DNA from: Vicugna vicugna
Lineage: Eukaryota
Reading direction: 5' to 3'
NCBI GenBank assembly: GCA_013265495.1
Contig: MU058815.1
Span: 186,001-250,000 of the forward strand
Length of the DNA stretch: 64,000 bases
The notes beneath the pieces were generated by a model. That model was not told where the DNA came from and made no database searches. It worked only from the letters and a program-made list of their open reading frames with translations. Of the stretch, positions 11,686-24,749 are shown piece by piece. Numbering within the stretch: the stretch's first letter is position 1; each line of letters opens with the position of its first letter. Both the position numbers and the translations under genes were made by a program.

Positions 11686-14529
11686 ACTATGAGTCTAAAC
11701 TGAATATGTGTGCTTGGCTCTATCTGAAAAGGAGTGGGTGGAATCTGCAGCCCTGTGGGGAAGGGGGCTGGGGAGATCTTGTCTCTGGGGGCATTCTAAA
11801 GCTGGAGGACAGTCTGCGCCATCTCCCTCTGACAGACGCAGACCCACAGGGACACCGGGGAGAAAGCAGGTTTCTGTACTGTGCTCTTTGTGGAGGGAGA
11901 AGCATTTGAGTCAAATCACCAAAGACGGATTTTCTAGAAAACTTATTACTACTCCATTGCTTTTGCCTCCAAACCCAGTGTCTGGGCAGGACCTTGCTGT
12001 TGCCACATAACTCCATTCTGTGTCAGATCTCCTAAAATCGGTTATTTCAGAGGCTGTGGCTTCCGTATGGCTGAAGGTTTCACACAGCAACAACAGTTAA
12101 GGTCTTCAGCCCCTGAGCCGTCCGACAAAGGACAAGCACGCCGAGCAATGAGTCTTCACCGCCACATGAATCAGCGCCTGTCCCCACAGAGCCACCAGGA
12201 CACGGGCCCTGAGCCCACATGCCCACACTGACCACAGCCTCCACAGAGAAGAGAGAAGTGACCCCCGAAACAGATCCTTAAAACCCCCCACTGTCTTTTG
12301 TGACAGCACAACCTGTGGTCTCATTTTAGTCTCTTATCAGGAAGCCTCCTGAATCAGTGCTCTGTTTTGAGCACAAAGTCAAGATTTCTGTGGCCTCAGC
12401 CAAAGACGTTCACGTGGAAAAACGCTGAGCTGGCTGGCTGATTCAGGCCCCGACAATGCCTGAAGTCCTTCTGGGTGAGTGGGAAAGGGTTCACCCCTAA
12501 TGGCTTTTTCTTGGCCTTTCTATCCCTTTCCCACCCTGTCTGCTTAGCATTCCACCAGGGAGAACATAAAATTGAACACATGCCAAGAAAACGGACACGC
12601 TCCGCATACATTAATAGCCATGTTGTATTAATAGCCTGCCAAAAGTCAACTGTCTCCCCAGGGGATCTTAGCTTCTCCCTTTGTGAGTGTTTATTATTTT
12701 TTCTTTCTTTCTTCTTCCTTTCCCCGGCCTTCTTATAGAAATAGAGGAGTCATTTACATGTAAGGTAGCCAGTTATAAATCTTGTGCTGGGGCTCCCATC
12801 TAGCGACAGCAGGTCTGAGCCAGCAGCTCCCTCTCAGTGACTGAGGTCCTAAAATGTGCGTGCTTTACATACGCCATACGCCAGCCCGTTCAAACGTACA
12901 AGGTGAGTTATCACATCCCAGTGTTTCAGATGAGAAAATCAGACGCTCCAAAGGCCCACAGCAAGTACAAGAGGTCTTAAACTCAGTTCTATTTTTCTAA
13001 AGAGTGTCGGTGTTCCTTCTGCTGTAGTTGGATGGTGAGTAGAAAGATACTGAGAATTCCTTCTTCATCTGCTTGTTGAAGTTCCCACGTTCTTTTGCCA
13101 AATTGGTTTTAGTGCCTAGATTGTGTAAGAACTCAACACCTTTAGCAGTTTCAACTTCTAGTTGCCTGTTCCGTTACCCTGCTCGGCAGGAAGGACAGGA
13201 TGTTCAAGATCTCGCTCAGGGTGGTTGTTCGGATTTCTTCACCACGCGTGACCTGGGACTCCAGAATGTGACGCGGGGGCTGCGTCACCATCTACTCCCC
13301 GTGCTGGCGGGGCAGCCTGCAGTTGTCCGTAGCTGTGCGTTCAGCCTTCTGCTATAGTTTCTAATCTGCCACTTGGCTTTTTGTGGATCGTGTGATACCT
13401 GGGCCTGGGAAGAAGACATCCCACTTCTCAGGGGGCCCGTGAGCCTGCCCCGGATGCAAGTACCTCTTCATGGTAGGATATTTAGACAAAATCACCCCTA
13501 AAATAATGCTTCCAACGAATGCCTAAGTTGCCTGAGTCAGTGCCCATCACACACTCCCACGGCATCACCAAGACATGCACGCCGGTGATGCAAGGGGAAG
13601 GGAGCAGTTTTCTTAACCTGCTTGTGCACCGCGACCCAGGACTCTTCCCCGCTGTCCTCTGGGGCCCAGCGTCGCCGATGCACGGAACCACGTGGCTGCT
13701 GCAGGCCCCTCGGCCCGCGTGTGTGCGGAACATTTATTCCTGAAACCCCCATGGGCAGTGGAAATGTACTGATTCCTCCCGAAAGGGATGACTAAACGTA
13801 GGAGGAATTTGCCGTTGAGATGCCCAAAGGTCTGATTCTGACATGCCGAGGCTTTGTCCCCGAACTTATTCACTGACGAGTAAGTTTACACAAAAGCACT
13901 TGGGGAAGTTAAACTTTAAAGTCAAGTACAAAATGTATCCAGCTTAATAAATAGGGACCGACGTTTTGAAAAAGGAAAAAAAATTCTTTTGGAAACAGAT
14001 GAAATAAAATATACAAAATAAACAATATTCAGCCACTAGCTCTTTTTAAAAGCTCGCAGACGTGGTCATTCTTTCACAGAGAATTACTCTTATTACCTCA
14101 CTTTAAAAATCCTTTAATTTCTCTCCAATCTTTTATTATGAAATATTCAACCTACAGAGATGTTGCAAAAGAAACCAAATGCTACGTATGTTTCACCTAG
14201 ATTCACCAGTTGTTAGTGTTTTTCCATGTTTGAGTTGTGTACATATATATGTGACCCACACAACTTCAGGCAAAACTCTTGTTGGATGCACACACGTACA
14301 CACCGTTTTTTTGATGAGCCACCTGAGTTAATCTCAGACATCAGGACACTTCATCTTCGACTGCTCTATCATTTATCTTCTAAAAAAATCAAATAATTCT
14401 CACACTCGGGAAAGTTAACATTTAAACCACATTATTAGCTCAATATATGGTCGTCATTCATTTTTTTTAAAACTAACATTTTACTTTTAAAAATAATATT
14501 TTGCTTTTGAACATTACAGTCCTTTTCGT

Positions 14530-14630
14530 TCTTTTTTAAAAATTGAAGTTGCAATGTGCCAATTTCTGGTGCACAGCACAACGTCCCAGTCATACATATG
14601 CACACATAGATTTGTTTTCATATTATTTTC
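14530..14630 (-). mobile_element. Short camelid L1 3' tail
   Basis: 'ttttttaaaaattgaag...caatgtgccaatttctggtgcacagcacaacgtcccagtcatacatat' is the same tail family as seen elsewhere in the window. Confidence 0.75.
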
Positions 14631-15209
14631 TTTTTCTGTTCTTAATGAAGTATCTTGGGTTATTGTAAAACCAATATTTATTCCATCAATTGCATATTTT
14701 CTATTAATTTCCATTCATTTCATTAATTACTTTTTGAGAGAAGTACCAGGAGGCAGAACTCACACAGGTTCACGTGTCTGTACAATCTTTTCCAACCTTA
14801 GGGAACCTGTTGATTTTGTGCTTAGAAACATTCACCGAACTGCATTACACGTGATTACGGGAAGAAAATCAAAGTAACACGAGGAGGCCTGGTGGTGAAA
14901 GGAATAAAGATAGTGATGATTAGTGATAATGAACGATGTTGACGAAAAGGAGGAGGCTGAGAAGGAAGACAAGGATGGTGGTGATTTTAAGTCAGGATAA
15001 CTAAATAAAAGTTTTGTCTGGAGATGGGCATATCTGTGTTCTTCTGTATTATGAGTGTTTGCAAAAGGGCAAAATCATACCATTATAACATCTTCTGGAG
15101 GTGAAAGTTACCTCCTCCACGATCTCCACCTTGACCTCCTCCTCACCAGATCACCACCTCCCCAAAGCACGATGCCAGGCATCCTGCTCATTGGCTGCTT
15201 TACTTGAGT

Positions 15210-15410
15210 ACAACGCTGTCCAACAGAACATGCTGCAAAGACAGGAATGTTGTAAACATGCGCCACCTAGAACATGTGGCTGCTGAGGACTTGCGATGTG
15301 ACCTCAGCAACCCTAGTGAGTCTGAGGACCCAAATTTTAAATTGTCTTTAATGTTAGACAATTTAAATAGCCACATGTGGCTGGTGGCAACGGTATAAAA
15401 GACTGAAGCT
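15210..15410 (+). mobile_element. MER3-like hAT (Charlie) non-autonomous DNA transposon
   Basis: Contains 'gctgtccaacagaacatgctgc' and 'tttaaatagccacatgtggctggtggc'. Confidence 0.7.
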
Positions 15411-16132
15411 CTAGTTTGTCCCCCGCAAACATTTGTCCCCTCAAGGCTCCCAATTCAGAGTCGCAATCATCACCGCTCACAGCCTGGACACCATTGAGAG
15501 TTCTCCACCAAGATTATGTTGACATCAGAAAATAATTTAAAAGTGGCCTTCTTATTTTAAAATTAAAAATCACCCCTCTCCCCAGCCTACCCCACGCAAA
15601 ACTTCCTACTTCTCTTCATTGGTGTATTTTTTCCATAGCACTTCTCACCATTTGGCATATTACACATTTGACTTGTTTAATTGTTTATGATCTATCTCTG
15701 TCCACCATCATGTAAGCACCATGGGGGAGAGGATTTCGTCTTGTTTCCAGCTGCATCAGCACATACTTGGGAATGAGGCAGGAGTTGGAGAGCATCATTC
15801 CAGGAATTCCTACCTCTTGTCAGTGTCGCGTGTCCTGCATCTCATGCACGTCAGCTGTGTCCTCACACTTTCAGCAGGTTATTCCTGACGGAGAGGCAGC
15901 AGAGCAGAGTAAAACGAGGGGGGAGGAAACTGAAGCCTAAACAGACCTGAATCCCAACTTTATACCACTTATTGTGTTAAGCAAATTATAAAAATACAGT
16001 ACTTTCAGCTAGCTATGCTGTTATAAGAAGTGGAAATAACCTACATAAAGAATTCAGCACAATGCCAGAACAGAGCAATGGCTTGAACACACACAGACTT
16101 TTCTTTCTTTTTTCCTTTAAGTATAATCACTT

Positions 16133-16753
16133 TGTTGCTGAAAAATGTGTTACAGCTGAGTGGTGACAACAACCTGGATCCAGGAGAGGGACCAAACAGC
16201 ACTCCGGCCTTGGAGAGTGGTTTATTACGCCAACAGGCCCAGAGGACTTTACACTCCAAGCTCTGGACCCCCGTCTGTAGGTTTACACAGGCTTTTCTAG
16301 GCTACCAGTTTACACTTTGCAAAATCACATGCAAATAAGGTATAACAGAAGTTGACTAATTGGGAACAAGCTTTGTAGAAATGGACCAATCAGGACTGAG
16401 AGAAATAACCAATCAGGAGTGAGAGAAATAACCAATCAGGAGTGAGCGCCATGCAAATGGAGTACTACAAAGGGGCCAATCAGGAGTGAGGGAAATGGCC
16501 CAATCAGGAGTGAAAGAAATAACCAATCAGGAGTGAGCTCCATGCAAATGAAGTACTACAATGGACCAATCAGGAGTTAGCTTAGGGAACCGGTAGTATT
16601 TTAGGGGTAAGTTCCACTTTCCTAGACGTAAGCCATTTCAGAGGCAAAAAGTGAGACAGAGCCTCTGGGCCAGGGAACCGGATGGCGCTGGCGGAAGAGC
16701 AGTGGCCCTGCCTGGGGGCCCTGCCGGTCTTTTTTATGGGGCTTCCCGCCTCA
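16133..16753 (-). mobile_element. ERV1-class solo LTR with a CCAAT/octamer tandem array
   Basis: TG...CA termini, 4-bp flanks ACTT/AGTT, minus-strand AATAAA at about 16221-16226, and an internal tandem repeat at 16381-16580. Confidence 0.85.
16381..16580. repeat. About 23-bp CCAATCAGGAGTGAG repeat with a 90-bp higher-order unit
   Basis: CCAAT at 16386, 16409, 16432, 16476, 16500, 16523 and 16566. ATGCAAAT at 16451 and 16542 (and at 16329). Confidence 0.95.
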
Positions 16754-19453
16754 AGTTTACAATGTTGTGTGGATTTCTGGTGTACAGCAAAATGTTTCGG
16801 TCATCCATATATATACATACATCCCGTTTTACATGTTTTGCCATTATAGGTCACTATAACATAGTGAAAATAGTTCCCTGTTTTATGTAGAAGACGTTTG
16901 TTGTTTGTCGGTTTTGTGAGGATTTCCTCGTATTTCGGATGTAAGAGATTTTCTGCCAGAGTTCAGTAGGTAATCCGTATGATTCGCTCCGTATTTCGGT
17001 GTAGATTTTGCTTTATTCGTGGGAGGGGGTGAGCTAGGCATCCCACAGCGCTGCCCTCGTGGCCCAGCCCCTCCACGCACAGAATTTTATTAAAGCTTTT
17101 CTGATCGTCTTTTCTAAAGGATCAAGCAAACTGTGTTACCAGCGAAGGAACAAGAATGGCAGCCAGTGCTTCTGGAACACCTGGCTGCTCAGTGCCTCCC
17201 CTGTGCTCACTCATTCAAGTGCAGTCTTCAAACCCGTTTTCAGCAGAGAAGCCGAGACTCGGAGAAACGTCCCAGACCGACACGCTTGTGGCCGGACTTG
17301 AACTCACTGAACTCATGGTTCTGGAGTGTGTGGCTTTGGAGTGTGACACGCAAGGGACTAAAAGTAACACAGCTGGACTGAAAGTCCCTCTTGTGACCCG
17401 TTCTTGTAAGCGTTTAATGGAGTGAGAAGCCGGCGGTTGGCTAGAAGGACAGCTGCCTGCCTCTCCCACTGATGCGCCCCATGGCTCACACACAGAGAGT
17501 GAGCTTTTATTTTAAGACATCCTTGGGGTCCGGCTGGAGAGGCTGAAGGGCAGCTCATCCTAGCTGTCTGGGGTTCCCATTTCAAGGCCAGAGGCTGCAG
17601 GAGTCTCTCTTTAGCTCCTCATCAGGAGTTTTAAGAACCTAGGCTTGGGGATTATTTTTAGTCACCAACGTCGAGTAGAATGTGGTTCCCGCGATCACCA
17701 CCCAGGGAACGCTCATGCAGATAGCTGAGTAATGCGGACAGCCAAGCCTTGGCCCGCAAGGCGGCCCTGTAAGGAGAGAAAGAATCCGGTATCTTGTGTC
17801 TTCATTCCAGTTGGTGCGTGGTCCCGGTCCCCTGATTCCTGCTGGCTCCTACGATGACAGATTTTGGCTGGGGACCCTTCCCTCGAGTCTCCACACTTTC
17901 TGAACCGGAGTAGGGCGAGGACTTTGGTTCCCAGGTTCTGCTTTCATCCTGTGGGTGCTGGGCCCAGCCCTGGGCACGATGGCATAGCCCAGCAGGTTGG
18001 ACATGGGCCGGCCAGGGAAAGAGAGGGGAGGGAGGCCCGGAAGGAGAGAGTGGAGAGGAGGCTGCGGCTTCTAGTTACACCCACAGCCACCGGGAAGGGT
18101 GTCCAGTGTGCCTCATGTGGCCGCTAACCTGGGAGAGGACCCAGCAGGTGAGGACTCCCTGGGGACTCTTTTGGAGAAGAGTCAGAGGGAGGAGAACAGG
18201 GACCTGGACTTAGGACAAGATCTCTTCTAGCCTGGACCCCACCGCCCCTACGTGGCAGTCAGTGATTAGGGTTAAGGTCAAGGCTAGGGTCAGTCAGTGA
18301 TCGCACCTGCACGTGCTGTCCCCGTGCGCCCCCTGCAGTGAAGATCACGCTGTCCGTGCCCTGTAACCTGCGCACAGGTGGTGAAGGTCTTCACCCTGCT
18401 CTGCGTTCAGACTCACTCAGCCCTTTAAGACAATTCAGTCACAAAGTCCTCTGTGGTCCTAGCAAAGCCAGCACCACCATCATCTAGGCTGGGTTTCTGT
18501 GAATTAAGCTACCACCTCCCAAGGCTCACAGCCAGCGCAGCCCTTCTCCACACGTTTCACAAACTTCACGGAAATAAGAGCTTATGTTTCACCATGTCAT
18601 TTTATGTTTTACCAAACTGGACCTTTCTTTGCAAATTGCCTTCCGCACATCTTGTAGTTTGGGGAGTTTGTTTGTGTGTTTGTTGCCAGGCCCCAAACTG
18701 CATAGAGACATCTTCGTCTTACAGAATAAATTCCGAGAAGTGAGATTGCTGGGCCGAAGCGTACGTGTGTTTAAACTTTTTGCCAGGTTGCTTTCCAGAG
18801 CGGGTTTACTCATTCCCACTTCCGTGAGCAAAGTACGCCAAGTGCCCTTTGCCCCAGATCCTTGCCAGCGCTAAGATGGCATCATTTTGTCTCGTTTTTG
18901 AACAAATTCACTGGATGAAAATAGTATCTTCCTGTGAGTTGAATTTTCATTTCTCTGGCCAACAGTCAAATTAATCATGTCTTCATATGTTTGTGGATTA
19001 TTAATAGCTCCTCTTTCAAAACTGTCTATTTCTATTCTTTGGCTATCTCACACTGAGACTTAAAAATCTTTTTCTAACCAATTTTTAAGAGTTTTTGCAT
19101 GTTGTGGTGATTAACTCCTTGTCACATGTATGTCTTAATCGTTTGTCTTTTGGCTTTATGATACTTTTGTCGTGCAGGTTTTCTACGCAAGTGTCATCAG
19201 TATTTCTTGCGTTGTTTACAAAAATGTTTAATTACAGAATCAAAAGGGCAGTCCTAGGAAAAGTGCAGAGATATATACAGGGCTGTATCAATTTTAAGGA
19301 CTGTTTACCATAAAAACTGGAAATGACCTGAATGTTCAATAGTGAAAATGTAACACAGTTAATGGCATTGGGGCTGGTTTGCACTTTTACTGTTTTTCTG
19401 TTTGAATTGCCAATATTGCTGCGGTTTGTTTCCTACACTTTCCATTGCAAATG

Positions 19454-19894
19454 TGTTGTGGGAGAACAGGCTCTCGCCTCGCACAGGAAAGGATTCAAGA
19501 GTGAGGCGTGGTGAAGTGGAAGCAAGTTTCTTTAGAGGGACACACACTCCGCGGACAGAGTGCGGGCCGTCTCAGAAGGCAAGAGAGGGAGCGGCCCTCA
19601 GGTGCGGAGCTGGGAGGGTTCGTGGCCTGGGTATTTCATACGCTAATGAGTGGAAGGATTGTTCCAGCTACTTTGGGGAAGGGGCGGGGATGTCCAGGAA
19701 GTGCCCTCCTGCTCACTTCTTGACCTTTCGTGGTCAGCCTGGGAACTGTCATGGTGCCCGTGGCTGTGCCATGAGGCTCAGGGTCTCCCGGAAGTTGAAC
19801 CTTCTGCCATCTTTGTCCTTATCAGTTTGTCCTGTCCTCAACTGCGGCGTCGCTCCTTCCACGGCTGCGCCCTGCCTCCTTCCCTCCCACTTCA
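19454..19894 (-). mobile_element. ERV1-class solo LTR with perfect 4-bp TSD
   Basis: TG...CA termini and AATG on both sides (19450-19453, 19895-19898). Homologous to 24750-25257. Confidence 0.85.
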
Positions 19895-22594
19895 AATGCA
19901 GTGTTTTCACTACGCACGAATTGGAAAGCTTCGTACGCACTGGCCAGAGACACCGATGACCCAATTTTATACTGTTTCTAGAGGAAGGCAAATTCCAAAC
20001 GGAGAGGAACAAGCTTAGAAGCCAGGTTTTGGAATGTGTGAAATAAGGCTGTCTCTGCGCTGCAGAATTCAGGTGGGAAATGGGAGAAAGCAGAGCAAAT
20101 AGGCCAGCACTACCTGTGACCCTGTCTACCCTTTTGTTCTAGGGTTTTTTGGGGGCGGGGGGGGGCTGTTCTTATTTCTTCCTCTTTCTGAGGGGTTGAG
20201 GGGGCAAGAACTGCCTGATAGTCGCTTTTGCGTTTGGAAGTACGTATCAGTTTCCCTGCATCTGCCAGCAGTTGGCATCGTTCCATTTTTCTTGGGTAAT
20301 TCAGTGGCGTCGCCTCCTGTGGAAATAGCTGCTTCTGGCAGAGCTATTTAGTTTACCATTTAATCAAAACATTTGCATAGTTCCACTCAGTTAGAAAGCA
20401 AAAATGGGGGCTGATCATTTTTGCATAGAGACAAGTCAAATCAAGGAATGCTTTAAAGCGTGAAATGGAATTTAATTAAATATTGGAATGACAAACGTTT
20501 CCCCTTGAGCAGGCGTTCTTAAATAATGGCTAAATGACACACAAAAGAAATCACAGCTTTATATGGAGAATATTTAATGGTGACTTAGTTAATGTTTCCC
20601 AAGATCTTAAATGCACGCTACCGATGTGTTGCTTACTCATTTGGGGAGCTGGCTGCTCTGTGAAGATGCCTTAAATGGAGCTCCTCTGACTTCACAATTG
20701 AAATGTCTTCAGTGGTTGTAAGCAGTAAGCCAATTGTCAGGGCTGGGCCGAAGTGGTCTGTTGTGCTCAGTGCTGCCCCCACCCCCCCGCTTTTATGTGC
20801 ACAATGCCCTTTGCCTCATAACTACTTGATTTAACGTGTGTCTTCATGTTAGAGTAATACTTTCCCCTGAAAAATACCTTCCCAGACAGCGATGCTCCAG
20901 GGCGGTGCTCTACTTAATCTGTGCCTTCAGACACTCACGTGCTCACTAAGCATGTATTGCAGGATGCGCACGGTTCAGTTTGAGAAGAAGAACTTGGAAG
21001 AAATTGGAGAGTTCAAACCCTATCCAGCAGGGAGGTGCTCAGAGAATGTCACTTGAGACCGAGGGACACTTCGCAGGCTGACTCGATCCTTTAGACTTTC
21101 AGGTTAAAGGAATGCTCTTTCCTGAGGAGAAGCGGAGTTGGCTTCAGAGGTCTGCACCCTCAGCTGTAAAAGAGTTCTCAGTGAATCTCTTCCGTGTACA
21201 AGGTCATGTCACCTTTGCACAGAGACACGATACCTTGCCCCTTCCAATCTAGATACTCTTTTATTTTGTTTTGTTTTTCACTCGTTGCCTTTTAGGACGA
21301 TGTTAAACAGAAGCGGCAAAGGGCGGGCATCTTCCTCCTGTTCCTGATCTCAGAGGAAAAGCGTTCTCTCTTTCACCCCCGAGTAGCCGGGAGCTGCGGG
21401 GATTTCGCCTCCATCAGGTGAACACGTTTCCTTCTGTTCCTAGTTTACTGAGAATTTTTATTATGAACTGTGCTGGATTTTTTTCAAAAGACTTTTCTGT
21501 GTCTACTGTCCTTTTTCTAATAATACAGTTTATTGACTTCATTGAGACTTCATGATGATTTTATGTTCCTGTGTTTGCAAATCATACGTAGTGATTTGCA
21601 GAAACCCCTCCGTATAGTAAATTTTGATAAAGAATTGGAGGAGGAAGTTAAGGAGGCCGAACTTCCGTTTCAAGGTACTTTTTTGAGAGGAGAAGGCAGA
21701 GGCACAGAAGACTGATGGCGGCCGCTCTAATGATGAAGGGGAAGCAATTAGCATCCAGACAGACAAGAACTGGGTGTGCGGCGTGGACTGTAATCAAGAG
21801 GCGCTTTACCTAAGTGGGCAGGGAGTGGGAAGCACGGGGCAGTCCCCAGGGGACAGCAACAGCGGGCCGTTGCCATCCCGAGGCTTGGAAGGGAAACGCA
21901 GCCAGGAGCGCCAGGGAGACGGGCCTCAGCTTCCCCGGAGGGTGGAGCCGAGGGGCCCGCTGAGCAGCCACCAGGCCTTCCTTTCCGCTGCGCCCCTCTG
22001 CCCTGGCCGCTCGCTGCGGAGCCCAGCGGGAAGCCACTGCGTGGAGTTCACACCTGTCCGTCTCTGGGCTCAGAGAACAAGGTAGAAAAGGGTGGTGGGT
22101 GCGTCTGGACGGAGAAGAGGGAAGTTACTACGTGTGCAAAGGAAGAGAAGGGCTTGAGGGAATCTGACTGGGTCGTGGACGTGATCCCCGGGGCTTAAAG
22201 AGCACACGCTCCCGGAGGTTTTACAAGCTGCTGCGCAAAACGCAGACTGTCAGGCCGAGCGGGCCTGTTGCTCAGAAGCCCCTGCTCCTCCAGCACATCG
22301 GACGAGCGTGTGCTGAGCAGAGAGACAGGCGACTTCCCTCCAGGACCGCGCAGGATGGGACCCCAGGCCCCCCACTTCTGAGAGATCCTGAAATAACTCC
22401 GCTCTCATGTTCCCGGTCAAGAAAGTGAGGCTCGGGAAACGAGATACCCTCAGCTATGAACTGTGTCTGCCCTTTCCCCAGAAAGTCATTGTCAGTTCCG
22501 GACGCTTACAACTGACATCGAGGAACGTGGTGGCCTGCTCTTGGTTTGGGTTTTGGGTTTTCGTCTCCTTAGAGAACTCAACCGGGGCTGCTCA

Positions 22595-22938
22595 CAGCGG
22601 TGTGCTGGGCGGACGCGCAGAGCCAACAGTTACATTGGCAGGAATTTCATAAGCCTGTTCTTGAACAAGCATCATTTAAAATAATCTTATGTGAAGTTAC
22701 AATGAAATAAATTACTTTATAAGTAAAAGTAATGTCTCAGAACTCCGCTTCCTAACTCTTTTATTACACTTTACTATTGTCTTTGTTCTTAAAATTATTT
22801 ATGTCCATTGTATTTATACAGTGGAAATACTATTCAGTGAAATCAAGATTGTAGCGTAATTAAGCCACAGATCAGTAAATGCTACCATTTTTTTTTTCTT
22901 GATGAGCTGGTTGTTAAGCACTTCATAGCACACCACCC
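22595..22938. mobile_element. MER63-like hAT (Blackjack) DNA transposon
   Basis: Inverted termini 'cagcggtgtgctgg' and 'agcacaccac', with an internal AT-rich body 'cttcctaactcttttattacactttactattg'. Confidence 0.7.
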
Positions 22939-23869
22939 CTGACATGCACAGAGGCATGCAGGTTCGCACAGGGGAAAGCCATTCGGTTTTCTACAGAGGG
23001 GTGCTAAAGAAAAGTGTGTAACTGCTCCTTACCGTTTTGCCCTGGGAAGAATTAAGAGCGGATCGATCCAATTCAGGAAGGTTTATTGAAGACGATTTCT
23101 TATGTGTTCAGCACTGAAGTAGATACTCAGCATGAATGCTGAAAATTGTTTATGCAAATGTTGCCTGTTTGTGGGGACAGGATTAAATGGTTCACAGAAG
23201 ATTCTTCCATTTCAACAAATGTATTCATCTGTAAGGAGACGCTTCGTATAAAGCCTAGGAGTCAGGATAATTGTTTTTCGCCAGATTGTCGAGTTGCAAC
23301 CTCATTCCTTCTAGTTGCCATTCAGAGCACTCAGGCCATCCAGTGGGCCTGTTTGAGCTGTTCCTAAGACATAAACGGATTTTTGAAGTGCAGATAATTG
23401 ATGTTTGATGTAGCACTTCCCTATTGCTTTAAAAATTACTTAGAGATGCAAATAAATTAATCTTCTTTTCGGGGATCCAAGACGATTGTCTTTCATTAAA
23501 CCCCGTACTTGTAAAAGCTGCATGTCCCTACCGCTCTCCACTGAGTTACCCATGTATGCAGTAGGGCAGAGGAGGAAACCCTTTGACATGAGAAACATTT
23601 TTCCTTTCATTTTAATCAGTCTACCTTGCTGAACAAAATTTTTCTTTTCATTTTAGTCAGTCTTCTTTGCTCAACAATGACATAATTTTAACAGTTTAAT
23701 CTTTCATCTTATTGGAAAGATTCTGTGTGCACAACTGTGGAAAGGGTTCGAGACCCCAAATTAAAGCTGCTGTTGATGCGAAGTGGCCAAAATCTTCGGT
23801 AGTTCTTACAAAGGCCAAGAAATAGGCACAGGCAGAGGGTCTGTCATCAGTGAGCAGTTCAAATAGAAC

Positions 23870-24485
23870 TGCTGGGTGGATTGAGCATTTGAAAATCATG
23901 TAATTCTCTGTATTAACCGACTGAAAAAGAAAAACAAAGTGATCATGGCAGAAATGCAGAAAAAACATTTGACAATGAAAAAATTAATAAACGTCTAGCC
24001 AGACAGATGGAGGAAAAAAAGACAGAAGCCATAAATTATCCGTATCAGGAATCAAAGAGGAGACATCATCACAGAGCCTACAGACTCAAAACGTAAAATA
24101 ACAGCGTATTACGGAAAACTTCTGCTGATAAATGTGACAAATCAAATGGAAAAATTCCTTGAAGGACATAAACTACGAAAGCTCATTCTAGAAGAAATAG
24201 ATAATTTGAACAGCCCTGTATCTATAAAGGAATTAAAATTTAAATCCAGAATTAAAATCTCCCACAAAGAAAACCCCAGGCCCTGACAGCATCACGAGTG
24301 AATTCCACCAAACATCTGAGGAAATAAAAATACCGATTCTCCATAAACTCTTTCAGAAAATATAAGACTAGGGGACAATTCCCAACTCATTTTATGAGGC
24401 CAGTATTGCCCTATAACAAACCCAGACAAAGACGTTCTGAGAAAATAAAGTTATAGACCAAATTCCCTCACAACCACAGGTGAAA
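23870..24485 (+). mobile_element. Degenerate L1 ORF2 fragments
   Basis: 'gaagaaatagataatttgaacagccctgtatctataaagg' and 'cccaactcattttatgaggccagtattgccct' are L1 ORF2-like (PNSFYEASI). Confidence 0.8.
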
Positions 24486-24738
24486 AATACACCAATCTAC
24501 ATTTCCACCCAGAGCGCACGAGGGTTCCCTTCTCTTCGCATCCTCAACCAACACTTGCTCTTTCTTGTCTTTTTGATGATAGTCATTTTGACAGGAGCGA
24601 AGTGACGTATCTCACTGTGGTTTTGGCCCTCGTTTCTCTCATGATTAGTGATGTTGAGCATCTTTCAAGTACCTCCTGGCCACCTGAATTCCTTCTTTGG
24701 AAAAACGTCTATCAGATCTTCTACCCATTTTTAACCAG
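24486..24738 (-). mobile_element. L1 ORF2 3' fragment (antisense)
   Basis: Contains 'gagggttcccttctc' and 'tatctcactgtggttttg...atgattagtgatgttgagcatcttt'. Confidence 0.8.
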
Positions 24739-24749
24739 AGGTGTTTAGT

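Larger units (their letters stand above)
16099..16915 (-). mobile_element. Camelid L1 3' tail, split by the LTR at 16133-16753
   Basis: Removing the LTR and one TSD copy rejoins 'aagtataatca(g)tt|tacaatgttgtgtggatttctggtgtacagc', the L1 tail motif also seen at 51078-51100. Confidence 0.8.

Noticed and set aside
16381..16580. CRISPR-like repeat array
   Set aside because: The units are tandem with non-unique spacers inside a mammalian LTR, and there are no cas genes.
18346..18368. REST/RE1 site
   Set aside because: Only the right half (GGACAGCG) matches and the TCAGCACC half is absent.
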